In this document: positions 44,132 through 52,083 of the stretch, in pieces
Position numbering within the stretch: position 1 is the stretch's first letter
Layout: each line of letters opens with the position of its first letter
From: Planctomycetia bacterium
GTDB taxonomy: Bacteria > Planctomycetota > UBA1135 > UBA2386
Direction: 5' to 3'
Length of the DNA stretch: 63,611 nt
Assembly: GCA_005776475.1 (NCBI GenBank)
Contig: SXPB01000020.1
Span: 1-63,611 of the forward strand
The notes under the pieces: model-generated
Seen by the model: only the letters and a program-made list of their open reading frames with translations
The model's database searches: none
Told to the model about the DNA's origin: nothing
Program-made: the position numbers and the translations under genes

Positions 44132-44767
44132 ATGGCCTCCCAGGTCGCAGCCCCCGCGGTTCCCACCACCCTGCACGTGGGCAGTGGCAAGAACTTCCGT
44201 CCCGAGTGGCTCAACCTCGACATCGAGCCGCGGTGGCGCCCCGACATCCTGTTCGACATCAGCCAGCCGTTTCCGGCCGAGGGCACCGTCAAGCTGCCGT
44301 CGCGACGGTTCGGCCACGTCACGTTGGCGGCCGAGAGCTTCGATCGCATCCTGGCGCAGGACGTGCTCGAACACATTCGCGACCTGACGACGGCGATGAC
44401 GACGATGCTGCACCTGCTGAAGACCGGCGGCGTGCTCGACATCGTCGTGCCGTACGAACTCTCGGTGGGTGCGTGGGCTGACCCGACCCACGTGCGCGCG
44501 TTCAACGAGAAGAGCTTCGACTACTACACCACCTGGTCGTGGTACCTCGGCTGGACGACGCACCACTTCGCGATCGCCCAATGGCAGCTCGTGGCCACCG
44601 AGTTGGGCATGCAGTTGCAGGCGGCGGGCAAGTCGCAGGAGGAGGTCCTGCGCACGCCCCGCGCGATCGAGCAGATCTTCGTGCAGTTGCGCAAGCAGCC
44701 CCTGAGTGCGCAGGCGCGGGAAGTCACGGCGCACTATCTGCACCGCCAGCTCGCCGGCACGGACTGA
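44132..44767 (+). CDS. Class I SAM-dependent methyltransferase
   Basis: 211 aa. LHVGSGKNFRPEWLNLDI is a motif I variant of the ..G.G...W.N.D type. ILAQDVLEHIRD and LKTGGVLDIVVP are present. Confidence 0.65.
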   Translation: MASQVAAPAVPTTLHVGSGKNFRPEWLNLDIEPRWRPDILFDISQPFPAEGTVKLPSRRFGHVTLAAESFDRILAQDVLEHIRDLTTAMTTMLHLLKTGGVLDIVVPYELSVGAWADPTHVRAFNEKSFDYYTTWSWYLGWTTHHFAIAQWQLVATELGMQLQAAGKSQEEVLRTPRAIEQIFVQLRKQPLSAQAREVTAHYLHRQLAGTD

Positions 44768-44791
44768 TGGTTGCTGCGGTAGTCTGACGCC

Positions 44792-45394
44792 GTGGTTGCC
44801 GCGAACGCAGATGCCAAAGTCGATCCCGGCCAGGTCTGGCACACGATCGCGCGCCGCAGCGCGATCGTCGCCATCGTCGTCGGCGTCGCGTGGGTGACGG
44901 CGTGGTGGTGGTGGCGTAGGTCGTGGCTCATGGCGTCCGGCGGTCTCGTCGTCGGCAGTGTGCCCTTCGTGGCGTTCGTCGTGCTGCTGTGCAGTGCGAA
45001 TGGCGTGCGCCTGAGCCCTCGGCGTGGACGCCAGCGATGGCTGCCGTTCGCCAAGGTGGGGGCCACGGTCGGCTGCGGCGGGCTCGTTGCCGTCGCGGGA
45101 GTCGCCCTGGTGATCGCGGAGTGGTCGAGCTACCGCGTGGTGTTCCGCAACGAGGCGACGACACCGTGGTCGGTGGGGCAGTTGCGTGGTGGTGGCGTCG
45201 ACGTCGCCGTGCCCGAAGTGGCGGCGCAGGCGACGTGGCAGGTCCGGGTCTGGTTCGACCGTGATGGCTCGCTCCTCCTGCATCCCGAACGCGTCGTGGA
45301 TGGCTACGTGACCAGCGGTTTGGGAGGCGTCGCCAACGTCGTCCGTGATGGCGATGGGCGGATCCGGGTCGAACACGAACCGCGCCCGCGGTGA
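44792..45394 (+). CDS. Three-TM membrane protein with a ~110-aa soluble tail (unknown family)
   Basis: GTG start, 24 nt after the methyltransferase stop. TM helices are IVAIVVGVAWVTAWWWW, GLVVGSVPFVAFVVLLC and GCGGLVAVAGVALVIA. Confidence 0.45.
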   Translation: MVAANADAKVDPGQVWHTIARRSAIVAIVVGVAWVTAWWWWRRSWLMASGGLVVGSVPFVAFVVLLCSANGVRLSPRRGRQRWLPFAKVGATVGCGGLVAVAGVALVIAEWSSYRVVFRNEATTPWSVGQLRGGGVDVAVPEVAAQATWQVRVWFDRDGSLLLHPERVVDGYVTSGLGGVANVVRDGDGRIRVEHEPRPR

Positions 45395-45423
45395 AGGCGA
45401 AGCACTAGACTGGGAATGTCGCC

Positions 45424-45966
45424 ATGTTCGTCGATCCGGTTCCCGATCCCTGGTGTGCGTTCCTCGAGTCGCATTGGCGCGAGTTCCTCGCCGAGATGCA
45501 GGCGCTGCCGGCGTCGCAGTGGATCGAATGGGCGCCGCCGGTGCACAACTACGCCCAGGGTGCGTCGATCGTGCCCCTGGTGATGAAGTACGTGCCGCCA
45601 TGGCTGCACACCGACTTCGGCGCGCATCGGCGCCAGTGTCCGGCGATCGCTCGCGTCGCCACCGAACTGCCGGGTGTCTACACCGTGTGTCTGTCGCGCA
45701 TGGCGCCGGGAGCGCGTGTCGCGGCCCACCGCGACCACGAAGAGCCCGGGTTCCTGCGCATCCACCTCGGTCTCGAAGTCGATCCCGAGGCGCGGTTCCG
45801 CTGTGAACGCGAGTGGCGCAGTTGGGAGGCGGGCCGGTGCTTCGCGTTCCTCGCCCAACACGAACACGAGGTCGTGCACGCGGGCACGCGGCCGCGCGTG
45901 GCGCTGCTCGTGGATGTCGATGCGCAGTCGCTGCAGCGACACGGTCGGGTCAGGGCAGCCAGGTAG
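45424..45966 (+). CDS. Aspartyl/asparaginyl beta-hydroxylase family (PF05118-type) Fe(II)/2OG oxygenase
   Basis: 180 aa. Motifs are CPAIARVATELPGVYTVCLSRMAPGARVAAHRDH, FLRIHLGLEV, WEAGRCFAF..HEHEVVH and RVALLVDV. Confidence 0.7.
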   Translation: MFVDPVPDPWCAFLESHWREFLAEMQALPASQWIEWAPPVHNYAQGASIVPLVMKYVPPWLHTDFGAHRRQCPAIARVATELPGVYTVCLSRMAPGARVAAHRDHEEPGFLRIHLGLEVDPEARFRCEREWRSWEAGRCFAFLAQHEHEVVHAGTRPRVALLVDVDAQSLQRHGRVRAAR

Positions 45967-47371
45967 CGCGCGCGCCGCCGGTTCCGGCCAGCCAGCGTTC
46001 TTCGACGCGAAGCCGCCCGAAGCCGGTGCGGCAGCGCAACCGCGCGATGCGTTCGAGCCAGCGGCGGCGAAGGGAGTGGTCGCCGACATCTTCGCCATAC
46101 GCACGCGGCAGCAACTGCTCGCACCACAAGCGGACCCGGGCCTCCTCCGCCGGAGCGAGCCACGGCATCGCCCGCTGCTGGTGTTGGCGCCAGGCTGCCA
46201 ATGCCGACAGGCTGTGCGGCAGGGGCGGCGAAGCGCGCAGCGCTGCCTCTCCCATCGGTGTGCCCGGCATCGCCTGGTACAGGCGGAAATGGAACAGCGT
46301 GGTGGGATCGATCGTCGCCAGTTGGTGCACCAGACGGCGGGTGCCGTGTTGGTGCTTGCGCGTCTCACCGACCCAGCCGAGCAGGATGTTGTGCACGGGA
46401 CGCACTCCCACGTCGCGCAGGCGGCGTTGGGTTTCGAGCACGTCGGCGACGGTGAAGCGCTTGCTCAGGCGGAGCAGGCCGTCGTCGGTGCCGGTCTCGG
46501 ATCCGAGCTCGAGGCTGTCGAGTCCCGCAGCGGCCAGGCTGCGCAGGCCGTCGACGCCGATCGCTAGCACGTCCTGCACCGACGCCAACGCGAACCAACG
46601 CAACGGCAAGCCCGCTGCGCGCAGGCGTTCGGCCAGTTCGAGCGCCCGCTTCGGCGCCGTGAGGAAGTCCAGTTCACCGAGCTGGAACTGCCGCACGCCG
46701 AGGCGGTGGTGGCAATGCACCATCAACTCGGCCACTTGTGCCGCCGGCAGCAGGCGCGCCTGGGTCGCTTCGTAGAAACAGAAGGTGCAGTGCTTGCCGC
46801 AGCCTTGTCCGGTCGGGATCTGCAGTGACGGCTCGGCGTTGCGGAACAACAGCGACCCAGGCACCAGGAACGACGACAGGTCCATGTCGAACAGTGCTTC
46901 GACACCGAACGGCTGGCGCGCAGGCAGCGCCTCGCCGCGCAAGGCGGCGACGGCGCTGGCCAGGGCACCGACTTCTTCGCTGCGCACGAACTCGGCGAGG
47001 CCCTCGCCGTCGAACGCAGTCGGCAACACCGGCACGAAGCCACCGCCGCACAGTCGTGGCACCGTCGGTGCCACGCGCTTCGCCATCGCCAGGAACGCGG
47101 TCATGCCGGGCAACTGCATGCCGGGATTGAGTTCGGCGAACCACACGGCCACCGCAGTCGCTCCGCTCAGGCGCGCCGCCACCTGCGGATCGTCGGCCGC
47201 CGTGTGCACTTCGAGGCACAGGTCCACGGCGTATCCCGCGCGTTGCAGGGCGCTGACCACGGGAAACACGCGATAGGGCAGGCCGACGCCGGCCGGATCG
47301 GGTGGCAGCCAGCGCGGCACGAACACGACCACGCGGCCACGTCCGGTTCCTTGGGCTGGCAGGCAGAACAT
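45950..47371 (-). CDS. B12-binding-domain radical SAM protein
   Basis: The radical SAM cluster motif is GQGCGKHCTFCFY (CxxxCxxC). The N-terminal Rossmann-like region is VVVFVPRW...AVAVWFAEL. The start is ATG 47371 or the track start at 47431. The 3' end overlaps the convergent oxygenase gene by 17 nt. Confidence 0.7.
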   Translation of the reverse strand: MFCLPAQGTGRGRVVVFVPRWLPPDPAGVGLPYRVFPVVSALQRAGYAVDLCLEVHTAADDPQVAARLSGATAVAVWFAELNPGMQLPGMTAFLAMAKRVAPTVPRLCGGGFVPVLPTAFDGEGLAEFVRSEEVGALASAVAALRGEALPARQPFGVEALFDMDLSSFLVPGSLLFRNAEPSLQIPTGQGCGKHCTFCFYEATQARLLPAAQVAELMVHCHHRLGVRQFQLGELDFLTAPKRALELAERLRAAGLPLRWFALASVQDVLAIGVDGLRSLAAAGLDSLELGSETGTDDGLLRLSKRFTVADVLETQRRLRDVGVRPVHNILLGWVGETRKHQHGTRRLVHQLATIDPTTLFHFRLYQAMPGTPMGEAALRASPPLPHSLSALAAWRQHQQRAMPWLAPAEEARVRLWCEQLLPRAYGEDVGDHSLRRRWLERIARLRCRTGFGRLRVEERWLAGTGGARATWLP

Positions 47372-47542
47372 GGGCACGAGACTACGCACTCCCGTTGCCT
47401 GCGAAAGACGTGCCGGGCCCGATGCCCGCAAGGCTGGCCCGTTCTGGCCATGCTGTCGGCGGTCCGACAGTGTGCTGTCTTTGCCCGGTCACTGGCGCCA
47501 TGGCCGCGAGCAGGCCGGGGTCGGCGATGCCCCGACCGCAGC

Positions 47543-47785
47543 TCAGTCGTTGCGCATGCGCGAGCCGCCGCGCTGTTTCCACTTCGGTTCGGTCTCCGTC
47601 GCCGGTGCTGGCGGCGCTTCGAGCGGCACGCCGTCCTCGTCGAGCTTCAGCATCTGCCGCAGCGCTTCGCGAATGACCGCTCCCGGGGAGCCGTGGTGGC
47701 CCTGCTTCACTTGCTGGAAGACGGCCTCGGCCATGTCCGGCGGGATCGTGACACTGAACGTGGTGGAGCGCCTCTGCTGACCCAT
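47543..47785 (-). CDS. Ribbon-helix-helix (CopG/ParD-like) protein
   Basis: ATG 47785 lies in ORF 47543-48859 and gives 80 aa. TTFSVTIPPDMAEAVFQQVKQGHHGSPGAVIREALRQMLKLDED has the strand-helix-helix pattern, followed by a disordered tail. Confidence 0.55.
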   Translation of the reverse strand: MGQQRRSTTFSVTIPPDMAEAVFQQVKQGHHGSPGAVIREALRQMLKLDEDGVPLEAPPAPATETEPKWKQRGGSRMRND

Positions 47786-47920
47786 CACCGCATCATGGCC
47801 GGCCTGCGGTCGTGGCACCACGTGCCTTTCCGGTCCAGGCAAATCCGGGAGCGGCGGCGATGCAGGATCCTGTCGCGGTTCGCATTGGTCTGCGACACTC
47901 ACGGCACCTGGGAGCACCGC

Positions 47921-48418
47921 ATGGCCAACCGATCCCCGCGCCCGCGCCGAAGTCCCGCCAAGAAGAAGTCGCCGGGCGGCAAGACGAAGCCGGTCCCGCG
48001 CTCGAAGCGTCCGGCGAGGGTGCGGCTGCTCAGCGGCGGCAACCCGCAGATCGCGAAGGCTGATGGGGATGCGCCGGTGCAGGCATGGATCGAGGCGCTG
48101 CCGGGATGGAAGGTCGAAACCGCGCGCTGGTTCGATCGGCTCGTCGTGCGCGCGGTGCCGAAAGTGCAGAAGGCGGTGCGCTGGAACTCGCCGTTCTATG
48201 GCATCGAAGGCCAGGGTTGGTTCCTCGGCATCCATGCGTTGACGCGCTACCTGAAGATCGCGTTCTTCCGCGGCACCTTGCTGCAGCCGATGCCGCCCGG
48301 AGCCAGCAAGAGCAAGGAGGTGCGGTACCTCGATCTGTACGAAACCGATCTGCGCGACGAGGCGCAGATGGTGGCGTGGTTGCAGCAGGCGGCGGCGTTG
48401 CCAGGTTGGATCCCGTGA
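47921..48418 (+). CDS. DUF1801 (YdhG-like) domain protein with a basic N-terminal extension
   Basis: ATG 47921 lies in ORF 47204-48418. The N-terminus is the Lys/Arg/Pro-rich MANRSPRPRRSPAKKKSPGGKTKP. The domain carries VQKAVRWNSPFYGIEGQGWFLGIHALTRYLKIAFFRG. Confidence 0.6.
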   Translation: MANRSPRPRRSPAKKKSPGGKTKPVPRSKRPARVRLLSGGNPQIAKADGDAPVQAWIEALPGWKVETARWFDRLVVRAVPKVQKAVRWNSPFYGIEGQGWFLGIHALTRYLKIAFFRGTLLQPMPPGASKSKEVRYLDLYETDLRDEAQMVAWLQQAAALPGWIP

Positions 48419-48676
48419 GCGGCAGCAGGCAGGACGATGCCGCCGAGCGCAGTCGGTGGAGCGGGAGGTGCTGGCGACTTTCGGTCGCATTCCGCGCTCG
48501 CGGCGGGCCAGCGCGACGACTTCGGTGATGCGGCAGTTCGGCGGGCAGGTGGGCGTGGGGAGTTGCGGCATGAGGCAGTGCGACGGGAAGTGCGCATCAG
48601 GCGCGCGCTGCCGGCGGTGTCGCCAGCCGATGCGCGCGAGGCTGGCACGGGGACGTTCTGCCGTCATGATGCCCGC

Positions 48677-48895
48677 ATGCCCGATCGCCTGGTCGAACTC
48701 GAGAGCAAGGTCGCGATGCTCGAACACACCGTCGATGCGTTGAGCGGCGAACTCGCGGCGCACCAGCGCACGATCGAGCGCCTGCAGGCCAACGTCGAGG
48801 CGTTGGTGCTGCAGATCAAGCGGCAGCGCAGCGACGCGGGCGAAGCGATCGAGCCGCACGATTCACCGCCGCCGCACTGGGGCGGTGGTTCGTGA
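48677..48895 (+). CDS. slyX: SlyX family protein
   Basis: 72 aa: MPDRLVELESKVAMLEHTVDALSGELAAHQRTIERLQANVEAL...PPPHW. This is a coiled coil with the terminal PPPH[WY] typical of SlyX. Confidence 0.65.
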   Translation: MPDRLVELESKVAMLEHTVDALSGELAAHQRTIERLQANVEALVLQIKRQRSDAGEAIEPHDSPPPHWGGGS

Positions 48896-49353
48896 AGGTA
48901 TTCCTCGACGTCGACGGCGTGTTGCTCGGTTGCGATCGCGACCGGCCGAGCCGCCTGGCGCTCGCCGACCACGCGCTCGAACTGCTCGCGTTCGTGCTGC
49001 CCCGCGCCGATGTGTTCTGGCTCGCTCCGCAAGGCCGCGGCGATGCGCGCGCCGTGCTGGATCACCTCGTGCAGCACACGCGGGCCAGCGACCGCGAACG
49101 CCTGCTGGCGCTGGCGGCGAAGGTGCGCGCGGCGGAGTGGCGTGCGCTGCGCACGGAAGCCTTGCCCGCCGATGGTGCGTTCGTGTGGCTCGACGATGCT
49201 CCCGAACCTGGCGAACTGGCGATGCTGAAGGGGCGCGGCTGGCTCGACCGTTGGCTGTGGGTCGACACGCGCGAGTCGCCGGACGATTTGCGGCGCGCGC
49301 AGCAGGTGCTGGCGAAGCGGCTCGGAGCTGGCGTGGCCAGCCAGCAGCGGTGA
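48892..49353 (+). CDS. HAD-like small hydrolase/phosphatase-fold protein
   Basis: A GTG start overlaps the slyX stop (GTGA). Motif I is FLDVDGVLL and the late acidic motif is FVWLDDAP. Confidence 0.45.
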   Translation: MKVFLDVDGVLLGCDRDRPSRLALADHALELLAFVLPRADVFWLAPQGRGDARAVLDHLVQHTRASDRERLLALAAKVRAAEWRALRTEALPADGAFVWLDDAPEPGELAMLKGRGWLDRWLWVDTRESPDDLRRAQQVLAKRLGAGVASQQR

Positions 49354-49461
49354 GAGTCGGCTAGCGCCCTTCTCGCGGAGCCGCCATGCTGCCTTGGGCG
49401 GGTGCCTGTTCGCGGATCTGCGGTCGGAACAGGTGGCGATGCCGCAGCCGTTGGACCTTCC

Positions 49462-50505
49462 TCAGTGTGGTCGCTTCGCCAAGGCTGTGTGCACTTGTTC
49501 GGCGAGATAGCGCGAAAAGAACTTCGCCCCTTCACGATTCATATGGGAGCGGTCGTACCACAGTTCGCGCCGGAACAGCTCCGGGTGTGCCTTCGGATCG
49601 TCCAGGTCGAGAACGATCGCGCGTTTGGCGAGTTCGGGTATGGCGCCGCGTCCTTGGAAAAAGTTGCCCAGCTGGGGTGGTGTCACGTAGATCGGTTCGA
49701 TGCCGGCGGCGCGAAGCGCGCGGTCCATTTGATCGAATGCGGCGTCGTTCCAGCCGGGGAGCAGCACCGGCAGCACGTTCTGGGTCAGTCGGTGGGCCAG
49801 AATGTCGTCGGTTGGTTTGGGATTGGCCACCATTGCCTTGTGCTCGGCGACGGTGGCCGGCCAGGCGATCGCGACGACGTCCTTCCAGCCACCATCCTGC
49901 ACAGGCCAGGCGCCGAGGGGGGGCTTCCCCTGGGTGGACAACAACCAGTCTTCGACGAGGCGTGGACCCTGACCGATGCGCAGGTAGTTGACCGCTGTGT
50001 GGCACAGGGCGAAATACGCCTTCTCCGCTCTGGCCCCGAAGGTGGGATTGAGCAGCAGGATCGACTGCAATCGGTGCGGCAATTGGCGAAGGGTGTGCGC
50101 TTCGATTCGAATGTCCGTCATCCAATTGGTGCCGACTTCGCCAGGATCCCAATCCCAGAGTTCGATGATCGCGTGACGGATGGTCGACGGGCGCTGCGCG
50201 GCAAACCACTGCGCAAGCTCGCTGATGTCGTGCGTGCGTGTGCCACTGTTGGACACGTTGAACGCCTTGGTTGTCAGCCCCAGCTCCTTCATGCGTTCGT
50301 CGAACTCCGACGGAATCAGCCCGAAGTTGAAGCGGCTGCTACCAAAGAAGAGCGTGTCGTGGCTGGTCAGCTGGCTGGCGGCATGGTGCACGCGCGAGCG
50401 CGTGAAGCTCCACCACGGCAGGGTGTCGAGGCTGCGCAGCCAGGCGGCGGTGCTGAGCAGTCCGCCGAGGAAGAGCGCGGTATGCAGGGCCGAGCGGATG
50501 AACAT
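49462..50505 (-). CDS. DltD/AlgX-like SGNH-type accessory protein of the adjacent MBOAT
   Basis: The gene starts 10 nt downstream of the MBOAT stop and has a single N-terminal TM. Block I-like FFGSSRFNFG and block V-like YDRSHMNREGAKFF are present. Confidence 0.5.
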   Translation of the reverse strand: MFIRSALHTALFLGGLLSTAAWLRSLDTLPWWSFTRSRVHHAASQLTSHDTLFFGSSRFNFGLIPSEFDERMKELGLTTKAFNVSNSGTRTHDISELAQWFAAQRPSTIRHAIIELWDWDPGEVGTNWMTDIRIEAHTLRQLPHRLQSILLLNPTFGARAEKAYFALCHTAVNYLRIGQGPRLVEDWLLSTQGKPPLGAWPVQDGGWKDVVAIAWPATVAEHKAMVANPKPTDDILAHRLTQNVLPVLLPGWNDAAFDQMDRALRAAGIEPIYVTPPQLGNFFQGRGAIPELAKRAIVLDLDDPKAHPELFRRELWYDRSHMNREGAKFFSRYLAEQVHTALAKRPH

Positions 50506-50515
50506 CGACTAGATC

Positions 50516-51946
50516 TCAGAACTGGAAGTAGATGAAGGGCCGCGCCTGCAGAGGCATGAAGGCTAGGGACAACGCGGCGATCACGCCGAACAGGAGGGTC
50601 ACCAGCCAGGCCGGCATTTTCCCGCGCAGCCAGAGATGCGTGCGCAAGTGGGTGGCAATGTGCAGGGCGAGCAGCGGCAGCAGCAAGAGCATGCTGGCAC
50701 CAAAGAGGCTCCAGGTCTCGGGGTCTGGCGACCACAGCTTGACCACCTTGACTCCTGGGGACTCGAACCACAGCCAGGCCTTCAGCATCGTCCACGACTG
50801 GTCGAAGGTCTGGGCGCGGAAGAAGATCCATGCCGCCAACACGACGTACAAGGTCACCAGGCGGGACACGAAGGGCAACTTGCCGGTGCCGAACCGCAGC
50901 ACCCATTCCTTGTGGACGACGAGGGCCGTGCCGTGGATCGCGCCCCAGATCACGAAGTTCCAGCCTGCCCCGTGCCACAAACCGCCTAGCAGCATGGTCA
51001 GCATCAGGTTGCGATGGGTGAACCACCGGCCACCGCGGTTGCCGCCGAGCGTGATGTAGAGGTAGTCGCGCAGCCAGGTCGACAGGCTGAGGTGCCAGCG
51101 CCGCCAGAAGTCGGTGATGCTGGTGGCGAGGTAGGGGAAGTCGAAGTTCTTGCAGAGCTCGTAGCCAAGCAGGCGGCCGGTGCCGATCGCCATGTCGGAG
51201 TAGCCCGAGAAGTCGCAGTAGATCTGGACTGCGTAGCAGACGACGGCGATCCAGATCGAGCCGGCGTCATAGGCGGAAGGGTCCTTGAACACCACGTCGG
51301 CAGGGCCGGCGATCATGTCGGCGATGACCGCCTTCTTGATGAAGCCGGACAAGAACTGGCCGAGTGCGTTGTGCACGTCGACCTTCGCCAACTCACGCTT
51401 CGTTTCGAGTTGGAACAGGAAGTCGGAGGCGCGCACGATCGGGCCGGCGACCAGCTGCGGAAAGAACGTGATGAACAGCAGGAAGTCGTCGAACCGCCGC
51501 ACCGCCTGCAATCGACCGCGATAGACGTCGATCGTGTAGCTCATCGCCTGGAAGGTGAAGAAGCTGATGCCGACGGGAAGCACGATGCCCAAGGTCAGAT
51601 CGCTGACCGGCAGCCCGAGCCAACGCAGCGTGTCGCCGGCGCTGTCGGCGAAGAAGTCGAAGTACTTGAAGAAGGCCAGCGTGCCTAGGTCGTAGACCAG
51701 GCTCGTCAGCATCCAGCCAAAGCCCTTCTCGCCGCGGGCCTGCGCCGCCTTGATCTTCCCTGCAGCGATGAAGTCGATCGCCGCACAGCCGACGATCAAG
51801 CCAAGGAAGCGCCAGTCCCAAAAGCCGTAGAAGTACAGGCTGCAGGCGAGCAGGAAGTGCTTGCGCGCCTGGTTGTTGCGCAGTGACCAGTGCACCGCGA
51901 ACACCAGCAGGAAGAACAGCAGGAAGCGCGGTTCGGAGAAGATCAT
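50516..51946 (-). CDS. MBOAT family O-acyltransferase (AlgI/DltB-like)
   Basis: 476 aa, multi-TM. Motifs are DFWRRWHLSLSTWLRDYLYITLGGNRG and LLGGLWHGAGWNFVIWG (conserved His). Confidence 0.8.
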   Translation of the reverse strand: MIFSEPRFLLFFLLVFAVHWSLRNNQARKHFLLACSLYFYGFWDWRFLGLIVGCAAIDFIAAGKIKAAQARGEKGFGWMLTSLVYDLGTLAFFKYFDFFADSAGDTLRWLGLPVSDLTLGIVLPVGISFFTFQAMSYTIDVYRGRLQAVRRFDDFLLFITFFPQLVAGPIVRASDFLFQLETKRELAKVDVHNALGQFLSGFIKKAVIADMIAGPADVVFKDPSAYDAGSIWIAVVCYAVQIYCDFSGYSDMAIGTGRLLGYELCKNFDFPYLATSITDFWRRWHLSLSTWLRDYLYITLGGNRGGRWFTHRNLMLTMLLGGLWHGAGWNFVIWGAIHGTALVVHKEWVLRFGTGKLPFVSRLVTLYVVLAAWIFFRAQTFDQSWTMLKAWLWFESPGVKVVKLWSPDPETWSLFGASMLLLLPLLALHIATHLRTHLWLRGKMPAWLVTLLFGVIAALSLAFMPLQARPFIYFQF

Positions 51947-52045
51947 CGACGGCGGCGAAGGCTAGCCACTGGCGGGGAAATCGCGCGAAGTGGGCCGCAG
52001 ATTCGTTCAGGATGACACCGGCAGTCGCGGCGGCCGGCGTGAGCT

Positions 52046-52071
52046 GTATTGACAAAAACAGTTGTCAATAC
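52046..52071. promoter_or_regulatory. Perfect 10-6-10 inverted repeat GTATTGACAA-aaacag-TTGTCAATAC, the likely ArsR operator overlapping a TTGACA -35 box
   Basis: Read directly. It is an AT-rich island in the 137-nt divergent gap. TTGACA occurs on the plus strand (52049-52054) and on the minus strand (52068-52063). GATGAT at 52072-52077 is a plausible -10 with a 17-nt spacer. The ArsR ATG follows at 52084. Confidence 0.55.
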
Positions 52072-52083
52072 GATGATGCCGCC

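Noticed and set aside
43880-45601. Upstream 574 codons of the 1193-aa ORF 42020-45601
   Set aside because: Only the C-terminal 619 aa (from ATG 43879, with a signal peptide) are PepX-like. The upstream part is low-complexity and overlaps three good plus-strand genes.
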